A stretch of 64,000 nt of DNA from Vulcanimicrobiota bacterium (GTDB lineage: Bacteria > Vulcanimicrobiota > Vulcanimicrobiia > Vulcanimicrobiales > Vulcanimicrobiaceae). The stretch is taken from positions 832,001 to 896,000 of the forward strand of contig CAVZQC010000002.1 of NCBI GenBank assembly GCA_963777315.1. The letters are read 5' to 3'. This document shows, piece after piece, positions 48,018 to 58,620 of this stretch. Under the pieces are notes generated by a model. That model saw only the letters and a list, made by a program, of their open reading frames with translations, was not told where the DNA came from and did no database searches. A program made the position numbers and the translations under genes. Position 1 is the stretch's first letter; the number at the start of each line of letters is the position of its first letter.

Positions 48018-49166
48018 GTGGTTCAAACGATCGGCGTCATCGGCGGGGGACAGCTCGGCCGCATGTTCACCTTGGACGCCAAGCGCATGGGCTACGACGT
48101 TATCGTGCTGGACGCGCAGCCCCACTCGCCGTGCGGCCAAATCGCCGACGACCAAATCGTAGCGGAATACGACGACATGCAAGCCATCGAAGAGCTGGGC
48201 CGGCGGACCGACGTGGTGACGTACGAATTCGAAAACATCGCCATCGAATCGGTTCGGCATCTGGAAAAGCGCGGATATGTCGTGGCGCCTGCAAGCAACG
48301 TGCTTCGCGTAACTCAGAACCGTTTGCTGGAGAAGCGCTTCGCTGCGGAGTGCGGCATCGCGGCAGCGCCGTTTGAATCAGTGACCGGCACGGACGATCT
48401 GCAGCGCGCACAAGACGCCATCGGCTTTCCGGCGGTCCTCAAAACGGTGTCCGGCGGCTACGACGGCAAAGGACAGTGGCGCGCGCAAAAGCCCGAAGAG
48501 GCGAAAGCCGCGCTCGCGCAGGCGAACGGCGCGCAGCTGATTTACGAGCAGTTCGTGCCCTTCACGTGCGAAATCAGCGTGGTCTGCACGCGCGACGCCG
48601 GCGGCGAGGTCGTCCGTTTTCCGGCCACGGAAAACGTGCACGATCGCGGGATACTGGCAATGTCGATCGCGCCGGCGCGCGTGCCGCCGCAGGTTGCAGA
48701 GGCGGCACAGACTGCTGCGGCGCGCATTGGACGTGAACTGCAGATTGTGGGAACGTTTTGCGTTGAATTCTTCGTAACGCAAGACCAGAACGTGCTGTTC
48801 AACGAGATCGCCCCGCGCCCGCACAATAGCGGGCACTACACCATCGATGCCACGCCGTGCTCGCAGTACGAACAGCACGTGCGGGCCATTTGCGGTCTGC
48901 CGCTTTCGCCCCCGCAGCTGCTTCGCAACGCCGTTATGGTCAATATTCTCGGGACGGGAACCGGCAACTATTTACACGGCACCGAAGATCTGTTGCGCGA
49001 TCCGTCGATCGTGCTGCACATGTACGGTAAACGGCACGCCGTGAACCGGCGAAAGATGGGCCACTTCACCATGCTCGTCGACGGCCCCGTGACGCAGGAC
49101 GTTATTGAGCGAGCTCGCCGCGCGCACTCGTTGCTGCATTGGGGCGATGCGCCTGCTCGTCGTTGA
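48018..49166 (+). CDS. purK: N5-CAIR synthetase
   Basis: GGGQLGRM, GYDGKGQ, NEIAPRPHNSGH and RKMGH. Confidence 0.97.
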   Translation: MVQTIGVIGGGQLGRMFTLDAKRMGYDVIVLDAQPHSPCGQIADDQIVAEYDDMQAIEELGRRTDVVTYEFENIAIESVRHLEKRGYVVAPASNVLRVTQNRLLEKRFAAECGIAAAPFESVTGTDDLQRAQDAIGFPAVLKTVSGGYDGKGQWRAQKPEEAKAALAQANGAQLIYEQFVPFTCEISVVCTRDAGGEVVRFPATENVHDRGILAMSIAPARVPPQVAEAAQTAAARIGRELQIVGTFCVEFFVTQDQNVLFNEIAPRPHNSGHYTIDATPCSQYEQHVRAICGLPLSPPQLLRNAVMVNILGTGTGNYLHGTEDLLRDPSIVLHMYGKRHAVNRRKMGHFTMLVDGPVTQDVIERARRAHSLLHWGDAPARR

Positions 49167-49821
49167 GGACGACGCACGGTTGTGCGACGTTTTACGGCGC
49201 GGTCTGAGCGAATCCGGGCACGTCGTCGACGTTGCGCGCGACGGCGAAGAGGGCGAATCCTGGGCGCTCGATAGGCACTACGATGCGGTAGTTTTGGACG
49301 TGAACTTGCCCAAACTCGACGGTTTGAGCGTCGTGCGCTCGCTGCGCGCCAAGCGGGTGAGCACTCCGGTCCTCATCCTCACCTCGCGCGACACCGCGCA
49401 AGACGCCATCGAGGGCTTGGATGCTGGCGCGAACGATTATCTGCGCAAACCGTTCGTCTTCGGCGAGCTGGAAGCGCGCCTGCGAAGCATCGTTCGCCGC
49501 GAAACGGCCGAGTCGCTGGACGCGCAGCTGCACTGCGGCGACCTGACCTTCGATTTACGCTTGCGGCAAGCGCGCCGAGGCGGTCGCACGATCGAACTGA
49601 CCGCGCGGGAAGGCGCATTTCTGGAGTATTTCATGCGCAACGCAGGGCAGCTGATCACGCGGCGCATGATCGAAGACGCTTTGTTCGACCGCGAGAGCGA
49701 AACGACCTCAAACGTCGTCGACGTGTACGTTAGCCGGCTTCGGTCCAAGCTGACCGCGCGCAATCAAGCGCAGTTGCTGCACACCGTGCGCGGCGCCGGA
49801 TATCGGTTCGGTTCGCCATGA
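49147..49821 (+). CDS. OmpR-family response regulator
   Basis: LVVEDD, LDVNLP, DYLRKPF and TVRGAGY. Confidence 0.93.
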   Translation: MRLLVVEDDARLCDVLRRGLSESGHVVDVARDGEEGESWALDRHYDAVVLDVNLPKLDGLSVVRSLRAKRVSTPVLILTSRDTAQDAIEGLDAGANDYLRKPFVFGELEARLRSIVRRETAESLDAQLHCGDLTFDLRLRQARRGGRTIELTAREGAFLEYFMRNAGQLITRRMIEDALFDRESETTSNVVDVYVSRLRSKLTARNQAQLLHTVRGAGYRFGSP

Positions 49822-51032
49822 GCCTGCGCTCGCGGCTGGCCGCGACGTACGCCGCCGTCATCCTGCTCGCGCTGTTGATCTTTGCCGCGGCGGCAATCGT
49901 TGCGATCGATCGCACCTTGCGCGCCACGATGGACTCGCGTTTGAATACCCAAGCGCTCGCCGTCGCCTCACTCATCGACGTGGAGCACGGCACGATTGCG
50001 GCGGACAAAGACGATCGCAAGCAATTCTTGAGTTTGATTGCCACCGGCGACGACGGAATGGTGCTCGATTCATCCGGAGCGGTGAAGCTGTCCAGTGCGG
50101 CGCAGCCGCCCGCGCCGTTGTTCGGATTGGCGAACGCGCGTGCCGGGTACTACACCGCCGGAAAGGGCGAGGCTGCAGTTCGCGCCGTCGCCGTTCCGGT
50201 CGTGCACGAGGGCGCGCGCATCGGCACGGTCGTGATGTGGCGTGCAATCGATTGGATCGGTGAAACCGATCGCGGCGCGGGCCTTGCATTTGCTCTCGCT
50301 GCGCTGGTCATTGCGGCGCTGGCCGTCATCGCCGGCGGCGCGGTAACGCGCAGAGCGCTCGAAGACGCATTCGTGCGCCAGCGGCGCTTCACCGCCGACG
50401 CCTCTCACGAATTGCGCGCTCCATTGGCCGTCATTCGCGCGGAAGCCGACCTTGCACTGCGCAAAGATCGCACGGCCGCGCAGTACCGCGGCGCGATGGA
50501 TGCAATTGCAGCCGAAGCCGATCACATGGAGGATCTGATCGGTAACCTGCTTTCGGCCGCGCGGGCGGAAGGCGCGGGCACGGCGCGCGAGCGCGTCGAC
50601 GTAACGCAGATCGTGCGTCGCGTAGCAGAGCGACTGTCATCTGCGGCGCGCGCCAAAGACGCGGCGGTTCGACTCGACGCCGAACATCCCGCCGTCATCG
50701 TGGCCGATGAGCAAACGCTCGAACGCGCGATTCTGGCCATCGCGCACAATGCATTGCAGCATGCACCGGCACACGGAGCGGTGGCGCTGAGCGTTCACGC
50801 AGGTCCGCGCAGCGTAGAGATCGTCGTCGGCGACAACGGCCCGGGCTTTACAGCCCAGGCCCTCGAGCACGCGTTGGAACGATTCTGGCGGGATGCCGGG
50901 CATGCGAAGGGCGGCAGCGGTCTGGGGCTGGCGATTGCCAAAGCCAGCGTTGAAGCTTGCGGCGGAACGATCGCGCTGGCTAACCCCGCGGACGGCGGGG
51001 CTCAAGTGCGGCTGGCGTTTCCAGCAGCGTAG
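49818..51032 (+). CDS. Sensor histidine kinase
   Basis: 2 TMs, ADASHELRAP, NALQH, DNGPG and GSGLGL. Confidence 0.93.
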   Translation: MSLRSRLAATYAAVILLALLIFAAAAIVAIDRTLRATMDSRLNTQALAVASLIDVEHGTIAADKDDRKQFLSLIATGDDGMVLDSSGAVKLSSAAQPPAPLFGLANARAGYYTAGKGEAAVRAVAVPVVHEGARIGTVVMWRAIDWIGETDRGAGLAFALAALVIAALAVIAGGAVTRRALEDAFVRQRRFTADASHELRAPLAVIRAEADLALRKDRTAAQYRGAMDAIAAEADHMEDLIGNLLSAARAEGAGTARERVDVTQIVRRVAERLSSAARAKDAAVRLDAEHPAVIVADEQTLERAILAIAHNALQHAPAHGAVALSVHAGPRSVEIVVGDNGPGFTAQALEHALERFWRDAGHAKGGSGLGLAIAKASVEACGGTIALANPADGGAQVRLAFPAA

Positions 51033-51079
51033 TTTTGCGGCGTTAAGATTCCCGTCATGATCGGGCGCTAGCATGGCGC

Positions 51080-54000
51080 TTGAAGGATGACAGGTTGAAC
51101 TTCGCGAGTTTCGGACAGCGCCACGAAAAGACGATCGCATTCTTGGTGGCGGTGCTTGCAGTACTTGGCGTGTGGGCATACTCCACGACGCCTGCGAGCA
51201 TTTTTCCGAACATGTCCTTCGCGCGCATCGACGTCGTGGCCGATGCCGGCAACTTGCCGCCGGACCAAGTGCGCGTCGCAGTGGCTGCGCCGCTTCAGCG
51301 GGCGTTTCTGGGTCTGCCGTCGGTTAGCCGCGTGACGACCCAGTCGTCGCAGGGAAGCGCCGAACTGATCGTGACCTTCGATACGGGCACCGACGTGCGG
51401 TTCGATCTGCAATACGTCAATCAAGCCATCTCGCAGATGCGCTCGATTCTGCCCGCGGATACCAATGTGAATGCGGTCATCGTGAATCCCAACAGCGAAC
51501 CGGTGATATCGTACGCGCTGGTCGCCGGGGGGCTATCGCAGACCGTGCTGCGCGAGCTGGCGCAGCAATCGCTGGTGCCGCAGTTTTACGGCGTGCCCGG
51601 GCTGGCGCGCATTCTGCTCATCGGCGGTCCGGAGCGGGAGTATCACGTCACGTTGGATCCCGCCGCGCTGGCCGCGCACGGGCTGAGCGCAAACGACGTG
51701 GCCAAAGCGATTTCCGACGCCAATACCGTCAACGCGCTGGGAATACAGCAGCGGTACTATCAGCGCAACGTCATCGTTTTGGACGCGAAGGTGACAAGTC
51801 CGGCAGCCATCGCGCGCATCGTCGTGCCGGATGCCGCCCGTGCGCCCGTCCAAGTAGGGGACATCGGGACCGTTACGCTCGGCGTAGCGCCGATCACGAC
51901 GCAAGTCAGCTACGATGCGCAGCACGCCGTTGCGATCAACTTTTACGGCTTGCCGGGATCCGACGCTGTCAAGATGGCCACGGCGGTTAAAACGAGGATG
52001 GCCGCCATCCAACCGCGTCTTCCGGCAGGCGTTTCAATCCACCGGTATTGGGATCAGACGGACCTGGTCGTGGATTCGCAGCGCAGCCTGCGCGACGCGA
52101 TCCTCATCGGCGCAGTGCTGGCCGTGCTGGTCATTCTCGTGTTTTTGCGCAATCTGCGGGTAACGCTGGTTGCGGCAGTCGTCATTCCCATCGCGATGGC
52201 GATTGCGATTTTCGTGATGAGCCGCCTGGGTCAGACGCTGAACTTGATGAGCGTCGGCGGTTTGGCCGTTGCGGTCGGGTTGATCATCGACGATGCAATC
52301 GTGGTGGTGGAAAACGTCGCCCGCAATTTCCACCGCTTTCCCGCGATGCGCAAAGCCGACGTCATCACGTTATCGATGGGCGAACTGGGCGCACCGATGG
52401 CAGCGTCTACCATTACGACGGTCGTCGTTTTCATTCCGCTGCTGCTGCTCACCGGCGTGAGCGGATTTTTCTTTCGGGCGCTGGCGCTCACGTTGGCTTC
52501 GGCGCTGGTTGTATCGCTGGGCTTGGCGTTGTTCGTCACGCCGCTGCTGTCATCGTGGCTCGTAAGCGAAGATCAAGAGCACAAGGAAGATACCGGTTTG
52601 ATAGCCGGCGTGCTTTCGCGCTACGAGCCGCTGTTGCGCTGGACGCTCAAACGCCGCCCAATCGTTTACGCCGCATCCGCCGGCGTGCTCATCGCCACCG
52701 TACTGCTGCTTTCACATCTTCCCAGCGATTTTCTGCCGCATCTGGACGAAGGGCAGTTCGAGGTCAGGTATACGATGCCGGTCGGCACGACGATCGAAGC
52801 CAGCGATGCCGCCGCGACGCAAATGGAACGCATCGCGATGCGCGACCCCGCCGTGATTTCGGTCGGCCGCTTTACCGGAATCGACACGAACGGCTATTCG
52901 CCCACGCAGGTTCGGCAAGGGACGATTCGCATCCGGCTCAAACCGCAAAGGCAGCGCGCTTCGTATGAAACGGTCAGCGACCGGCTGCGCGTCCAGTTCG
53001 CTGAGGCGGTACCTGCGGCGCAATTGGACTTTCACCAAATCCTTGAAGACATGATTAACGACATGTCGGGTTCGCGCTCTCCGATCGAGATTACGCTGCA
53101 AGGCCCCGATCAGCAGGCGCTCGTGAACTTAGCCGGCGCCATAGCCGACAAAATGTCCAGCGTGCGCGGCGTTGCCGACGCGTTTTCGGGCGTGAACTAC
53201 GACGATCCCACCCTACGCGTCGATCCGAACGGATCGCGGCTGGCCGCACTGAACATCAGCGCGGCCGACCTGGGCGCGGCGCTGCAAGCGGCATCCCAAG
53301 GTTCCGTAGCGACGAACGTCGCCGGAACGCTCAACCTCATCCCCGTACGCGTGACCTTGGCCGGAGCCGGCCCCGATCTCAGCCAAACGCTGTTGCCGAC
53401 GGCGTCGGGCGTGGTCGCGTTGAACAGCCTCGCGCAAGTGCGTCACGATCGACTCTCGACCGATATAACGGAGATCAACGGTCAGCGCGTCATGATCGTT
53501 ACGGCCAACTACGGAGGCGCGAGCCTATCGTCGGTGATCGCAGGCGTGCGCAAGGAGCTCAAAGGCATCGCGCTTCCTCCCGGCTATACCGCGTCGATCG
53601 GCGGCGCGTATGAGGCTCAGCAGCAGTCGTTTCGGCAGTTCCTGGCGGTGATCCTGATTGCGGTAGCGCTGGTCTATTTCGTGATGCTCGCGACCTTTCA
53701 ATCGTTTCGACTGCCGCTGGTGATTCTGACCGCGATTCCGCTCGCGCTCATCGGCGTGGCGCTGGGTTTGTTCGTAACGCGCACCGCGTTTAACGTGTCG
53801 TCGTTTATGGGACTCCTGCTGCTGGTCGGCCTCATCGTCAAAAACGGCATTCTGCTGATCGACGTGGCGAACCGGCAGCGCAAGGAAGGCGCGAGCGTCG
53901 AGGAGGCGCTGGTCGCCGCGGGGCGCACGCGATTGCGCCCGATCGTGATGACGACCTTCGCCGCGATCGGCGGTTTGCTGCCGCTGGCGTTGGGCATAGG

Positions 54001-54130
54001 CGCGGGCTCGGCGATGGAGCAGCCGCTCGCGATCGCAGTGATCGGCGGACTTTCGACGGCAACGGCCTTTACGCTGGTGCTCATACCGGTGCTGTACGCC
54101 GGTATCGCCGGAAAGCGAACGCCCGCGTGA
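51080..54130 (+). CDS. RND efflux permease (CusA/CzcA/AcrB-like)
   Basis: GLIIDDAIVVVEN and RLRPIVMTT; about 1000 aa. Confidence 0.93.
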   Translation: MKDDRLNFASFGQRHEKTIAFLVAVLAVLGVWAYSTTPASIFPNMSFARIDVVADAGNLPPDQVRVAVAAPLQRAFLGLPSVSRVTTQSSQGSAELIVTFDTGTDVRFDLQYVNQAISQMRSILPADTNVNAVIVNPNSEPVISYALVAGGLSQTVLRELAQQSLVPQFYGVPGLARILLIGGPEREYHVTLDPAALAAHGLSANDVAKAISDANTVNALGIQQRYYQRNVIVLDAKVTSPAAIARIVVPDAARAPVQVGDIGTVTLGVAPITTQVSYDAQHAVAINFYGLPGSDAVKMATAVKTRMAAIQPRLPAGVSIHRYWDQTDLVVDSQRSLRDAILIGAVLAVLVILVFLRNLRVTLVAAVVIPIAMAIAIFVMSRLGQTLNLMSVGGLAVAVGLIIDDAIVVVENVARNFHRFPAMRKADVITLSMGELGAPMAASTITTVVVFIPLLLLTGVSGFFFRALALTLASALVVSLGLALFVTPLLSSWLVSEDQEHKEDTGLIAGVLSRYEPLLRWTLKRRPIVYAASAGVLIATVLLLSHLPSDFLPHLDEGQFEVRYTMPVGTTIEASDAAATQMERIAMRDPAVISVGRFTGIDTNGYSPTQVRQGTIRIRLKPQRQRASYETVSDRLRVQFAEAVPAAQLDFHQILEDMINDMSGSRSPIEITLQGPDQQALVNLAGAIADKMSSVRGVADAFSGVNYDDPTLRVDPNGSRLAALNISAADLGAALQAASQGSVATNVAGTLNLIPVRVTLAGAGPDLSQTLLPTASGVVALNSLAQVRHDRLSTDITEINGQRVMIVTANYGGASLSSVIAGVRKELKGIALPPGYTASIGGAYEAQQQSFRQFLAVILIAVALVYFVMLATFQSFRLPLVILTAIPLALIGVALGLFVTRTAFNVSSFMGLLLLVGLIVKNGILLIDVANRQRKEGASVEEALVAAGRTRLRPIVMTTFAAIGGLLPLALGIGAGSAMEQPLAIAVIGGLSTATAFTLVLIPVLYAGIAGKRTPA

Positions 54131-55356
54131 TCGCAGCGCTGGTGCTTGCCGCGATCGGCGCCGCCGCGCCGGTTCCCAAACAGTTTGCCGCAATGCCGCT
54201 GGATCTTGCGCTCGAGCAAGCAGTTACCGTGTCGCCCGACGTCGCGCAAGCGCGCGAACGCGTCACCGAAGACCTGGCTTTGCTGGATGCAGCTCGCGGC
54301 CTGGCCGCGCCGGCGCTCACGGCGAATTACACGCAGGCACCGCAAGGCGGCGGCAACGACACGACGATCACGCAACGACTTGCAACGGTCGGCGCGCAAA
54401 TAACGCTTGGCGATTACTTCGCGTACTCGCCGACGATCCGGCAAGCGGCCTTTACGTTAGCCGGAGCGCAGTTCGATTTGCTCGACGCTCGGCGAACCGA
54501 ACGCTTAAAGGTCATCGGCCAGTATTACGCCGCGCTCAAAGCCGTCGCGACCGTCGACCTACGCGCGCAGGATTACACCGGCGCGCAGCGCGATTTGCGA
54601 GCCGCGCAGGTGCGCTACCACGCAGGCGATGCGCCGCGCTTGGACGTCGTGCGCGCGCAAGTCGCGCTGGCGAACGCGCAAGCCAATCTCGACGCCGCCC
54701 GCGTCGATTTCGCCAATGCGCGCGATGCCCTTGCGATCGAAACGGGAATGCCCGGCGGCGGATTTACGCGGCTGGCCGATACCGCGATCGCGCCGTCTCC
54801 ACCGCTGCAGGCACAAGTCGCAGAGCGCCGCGCGCTCGCGCAGCGCAGCGACCTGTTTTCGGCAATGCAGGCCGTCAATGCGCAGCAAGCCGCCGTGCGG
54901 GTCGCCGAACGCGGCGTTCTGCCTGCAGTCGTGGTCAACGTCGGTTACACCGGCGGAGTCGACTCCGGGGTGGCCGTGCACGGGCCGTCCGCGACCGTCA
55001 ACGTGGCGTTGCCGATTTCGCACGCCGCACAGTATCGCGCGGCTGCCGAACGCGCGCGTTTGGCGCAGGCGCAGGCTAGAAGCGCTGCAATACGCCGGCG
55101 GATCGTCGTCGAGGTCGGAGCGGCTGCGCGCACGTACGAAGAAACGGTGCGCGCAGCGAAATCGGCCACACGCGCCCGGATCGCCGCGCAGGAGGAATTG
55201 CGCGCCACGCAGATCGGCTACCGCAGCGGCGCAAGTTCGAGCTTGGACGTCGCCGACGCGCGTCGCACGTACGTGCAGGCGGCGCTGAACGAACTGTCCG
55301 CAATCTACGCGCAGGCGCAATCCGCCGCGAGTTTGCAGGAGGAGATGGGACCGTGA
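54127..55356 (+). CDS. TolC-family outer membrane factor
   Basis: Repeated RYHAGDAPRLDV / GYRSGASSSLDV motifs. Confidence 0.85.
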   Translation: MIAALVLAAIGAAAPVPKQFAAMPLDLALEQAVTVSPDVAQARERVTEDLALLDAARGLAAPALTANYTQAPQGGGNDTTITQRLATVGAQITLGDYFAYSPTIRQAAFTLAGAQFDLLDARRTERLKVIGQYYAALKAVATVDLRAQDYTGAQRDLRAAQVRYHAGDAPRLDVVRAQVALANAQANLDAARVDFANARDALAIETGMPGGGFTRLADTAIAPSPPLQAQVAERRALAQRSDLFSAMQAVNAQQAAVRVAERGVLPAVVVNVGYTGGVDSGVAVHGPSATVNVALPISHAAQYRAAAERARLAQAQARSAAIRRRIVVEVGAAARTYEETVRAAKSATRARIAAQEELRATQIGYRSGASSSLDVADARRTYVQAALNELSAIYAQAQSAASLQEEMGP

Positions 55357-56504
55357 AGGTGTGCGGCGCGTTGGCGCTCGCGGCGGTACTCGCCGTATCG
55401 AGCGGTTGCGGCGGCCATGAATCCGCGGCGACGCACGCCCAGCCGGCCGTGCAACTCGTTTCCGCTACGCTCGCGACGTACGTGGAGCGCGTGAGCGCGG
55501 TCGGTCGCATCGGCGCGCCGGCGGGCGCGCTGACCAAACTGTCGTTCGCGGAGCCCGGGATTCTGCAGAACGTCGGGGTGCGAATCGGCGATCGCGTTTC
55601 TGCGGGCGAACCGCTCGCGCAGCTCGATACCAGCGGCTTGTCGCTCGCGGCAGCGCAAGCGCAAGCGGATGCGCGAGCAGCGGCAGCCAATGCGCAGCAG
55701 TCCGCAGTCGATCGCACCAGCACCAAGATCGCGGTAGACGAAGCTGCGGTGCGCCGGGAGGAGTCGCTGTACGCTGCCGGCGTTGCGGCGCTCAAAGACG
55801 TGCAAGCCGCGCGCGCGCAGCTCGCGCAGGATCGCGCCGAAGCTGCCGGTGCGCGTGCGCAAGTGTCGGGCGCGAGCGCCCAAGCGCAGAGCGCACAAGA
55901 CCGCGCCGCTTTGGCGCAGCGCGATTTGTCCAACGGCACGCTGCGTTCTCCAATCGACGGCGTCGTGACGGCAATCTACAAACGGGCGGGCGAATCGGTC
56001 GATCCGACGACGCCCGTACTAGCGGTCGGGCCGGGCAGCTCGCACGAAGTGACGCTCGATCTGCCGTCCTCGGATGCCGCGCGGGTCCACACCGGCGACC
56101 GCGTTGCGCTTTCTGTTCCCGGGACGGATCTGCGAAGCACGGGAAGGGTGGCCGGCGTTTCGCCCGCGTTGGATCCGACCACGCAAACGGCGACGATCCT
56201 CGTCGACGGCGTGCCCACCGGAGCGCCGGCGGGAAGCGCGGTGCAAGCGAGCATTCGCGTCGCCGCAGATCGCGGCGTCGTCATACCGCAAAGCGCAATC
56301 GTTCAAGATCCGCAGAGCGGCGCGACGCTGGTCTTCGTTGAAACCCGCGACGCGGGCGGCAACGCCAAATTCGAGCAGCGCTCCGTAACGGTCGGCCGGC
56401 AAAATGGAACGCAGGTGCTGATCGCTTCGGGCTTGCGTCCGGGAGAGCGCATCGCCGCGCAGGGAGCATTCGCATTGCTGGCCCCCGCCGGAGGCGGTCC
56501 GTAG
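55353..56504 (+). CDS. RND membrane fusion protein (lipoprotein)
   Basis: Lipobox SSGC, GDRVSAGEPLAQLD, LRSPIDGVV and GLRPGERI. Confidence 0.9.
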   Translation: MKVCGALALAAVLAVSSGCGGHESAATHAQPAVQLVSATLATYVERVSAVGRIGAPAGALTKLSFAEPGILQNVGVRIGDRVSAGEPLAQLDTSGLSLAAAQAQADARAAAANAQQSAVDRTSTKIAVDEAAVRREESLYAAGVAALKDVQAARAQLAQDRAEAAGARAQVSGASAQAQSAQDRAALAQRDLSNGTLRSPIDGVVTAIYKRAGESVDPTTPVLAVGPGSSHEVTLDLPSSDAARVHTGDRVALSVPGTDLRSTGRVAGVSPALDPTTQTATILVDGVPTGAPAGSAVQASIRVAADRGVVIPQSAIVQDPQSGATLVFVETRDAGGNAKFEQRSVTVGRQNGTQVLIASGLRPGERIAAQGAFALLAPAGGGP

Positions 56505-56512
56505 AGCGACCG

Positions 56513-57418
56513 TCAGCGGTACGTAAAGCCCTGGACGAAATCGCCGGCCGGCGTGCCCCACACCGTCCATATTCGCCCGGTTGCCGGATCGATCGCAACG
56601 TTGTGCATGTGCGTGCTGATCATCTGGGAGGCGAGTTGTTTCGGCGCGGCGTTTGCAGAAATCTGATACAGATAGATGCTCGTGCCCCCGCAGGCCAGCA
56701 TTTCGGTTTGCTGATCCAAGTCGCACTGGTCGACGTGCGGCAAGGCGGCGGTCGAGACGCGCTTGCCGTAGGTGGTGTAGACGCTGAGCGCGCCATTTTC
56801 ACCGCCGACGATGAGCAGGCGGTGCGCCTGGTCGAACTGCAGCGGGTGATTGTTACCGATATCCGGCGTGGGAATGGTGCGGGTCACCGTCAGCGTCTTC
56901 GGGTCGATCACGACGATTTCGCCGTTGCTCGCGATGTTCTGATAAACGTCGTGCGTCTTGGGATCGACGACCAGATACTCGGGCTTGTGTCCCGGCAGAA
57001 TGACGCTCGCGATTTGCTTGAACGTCGTGGCATCGATGACGAACATGTGGGTGCCGTCGTCTTCGTCGGCGTAGATGCGGTGATACGTGGGATCGTACGC
57101 GATCGCGTCGACGTGGCCGTTGACGCTCGCGCGATGCACCTCTTTCATCGCCACGGGATCGACCTCGGAGACCGCATCGCCTTCACCGTCGCCCGTGTAG
57201 ACGTGGCCCGTCTGCGGATCGACCGCCACCCCGGCCATCGGGCCGACTTTGACTTGGCCCAGCACCTTGCCGCTGTCGGCGTCGACGATCAGCAGCGCGT
57301 CGTTTCCGCCGTGCGCGGCATACACGCGGCGGCGAACGGCGTCGACGGTGACGTAATCGAAGCCGTGTCCGGCGCCGGTCGCTACGGGCTGCGGTGGGAT
57401 GAACGGAACGATCGGCAT
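56513..57418 (-). CDS. YncE/YVTN-like beta-propeller protein
   Basis: Repeated VDPxTxxVY blades; AAGGAG RBS before the ATG at 57418. Confidence 0.8.
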   Translation of the reverse strand: MPIVPFIPPQPVATGAGHGFDYVTVDAVRRRVYAAHGGNDALLIVDADSGKVLGQVKVGPMAGVAVDPQTGHVYTGDGEGDAVSEVDPVAMKEVHRASVNGHVDAIAYDPTYHRIYADEDDGTHMFVIDATTFKQIASVILPGHKPEYLVVDPKTHDVYQNIASNGEIVVIDPKTLTVTRTIPTPDIGNNHPLQFDQAHRLLIVGGENGALSVYTTYGKRVSTAALPHVDQCDLDQQTEMLACGGTSIYLYQISANAAPKQLASQMISTHMHNVAIDPATGRIWTVWGTPAGDFVQGFTYR

Positions 57419-57429
57419 GGGCGGCTCCT

Positions 57430-58611
57430 TTAGGCGGGTTCGGGTTCGAAAAACTGCAGGCTGCGCGGCTTTGGCGGAATCTCGGTATACGCCATGGGCC
57501 GGTCCCACCAATCGCGGCTGCGCCAGCGAAGCTGATCGACGGTGGGTTGCGCAGGCAGACGGAGTTCGATTGCCTTTGCGTAGACTCCCATGTAGCGATC
57601 GATCATGCGATCCACCGTAAATTCCGCTTCGACGCGCGCGCGGCACGCGCGCCGGTCGAGCGAGGCAAGCAGCGGCACCTTTTCCAGCGCGTCGTCGACC
57701 GAGTTGCACAAGAACCCCGTCACGCCGTCTACCACGATCTCCGGAATCGACCCCATGTTCGCGCCGAGCACGGGCGTGCCGCACGCCATCGCTTCCACCA
57801 TGGTCAGGCCAAAGCGTTCTGGTCGAGTCGTCATATGCACGAGCGCGAGCGCGTTGCGCAGCAGCTCGTTGCGCGCACGCCGCCGCACTTCGCCCAAAAA
57901 CTCGATTTGAACGCCGTCGATGTGCGGCGCAACCATCGTTGCAAAGTACTGCTCGTCCTGCGGGATGGCCGCGATCTTCAGCTGCTTTCCGCTGCGTTTG
58001 GCGATCTCTATGGCCAAATGCGTGCCCTTTTCGGGATGAAACCGTCCCAGAAAAACGAGATACTCGCCCGGACGCTCGTTGAAGGTGAACTCCGCGGGAT
58101 CGATGCCGTTGTAGGTCGTCGCCAAGTACGACAGTCCGGGATCGCGATCGGAGTTACTGATCGAGCAATAAAAACTGCGCCACGCGCAGGCGTAGTAGGC
58201 GGCCAAAATTTGCGGGCTAGAAAATCCGTGCACCGTCGTGAGCATGGGAGGCGCGCGCAGACCCAGCGCATACGTCATCGGCTTCCAATCGAAATTGCTG
58301 TGAATCAGATCGAACCGGCCGGCGCGCTCCATCAAGCGACCGATGTGGAGCGCGGTGAAAACGTCCGCATCGAGCGCCGGATCTTCCGCAAGCCCCACCG
58401 GAACCACCGATGCCACGGGCCCCTCGAAGCGCGAGTTTTCCGTTGCGAACAACGTCACGTCCAATCCGCGCCGCCGCATGCCGTCGGCGATGTTGAATGC
58501 GATCTGCTCCCAGGGTCCGTAGCCGGGCGGCGGCGTGGGCCAGGTAATCGGCGCGAGCACGGCTACGCGCAGTCCTTTTAAAGCCTGTTCTGCCTTCGTC
58601 GAAGGGTTCAC
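57430..58611 (-). CDS. Glycosyltransferase family 4
   Basis: PPPGYGPWE, GRFHPEKG and ERFGLTMVEAMACGTPV. Confidence 0.92.
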   Translation of the reverse strand: MNPSTKAEQALKGLRVAVLAPITWPTPPPGYGPWEQIAFNIADGMRRRGLDVTLFATENSRFEGPVASVVPVGLAEDPALDADVFTALHIGRLMERAGRFDLIHSNFDWKPMTYALGLRAPPMLTTVHGFSSPQILAAYYACAWRSFYCSISNSDRDPGLSYLATTYNGIDPAEFTFNERPGEYLVFLGRFHPEKGTHLAIEIAKRSGKQLKIAAIPQDEQYFATMVAPHIDGVQIEFLGEVRRRARNELLRNALALVHMTTRPERFGLTMVEAMACGTPVLGANMGSIPEIVVDGVTGFLCNSVDDALEKVPLLASLDRRACRARVEAEFTVDRMIDRYMGVYAKAIELRLPAQPTVDQLRWRSRDWWDRPMAYTEIPPKPRSLQFFEPEPA

Positions 58612-58620
58612 GATGGTTTG

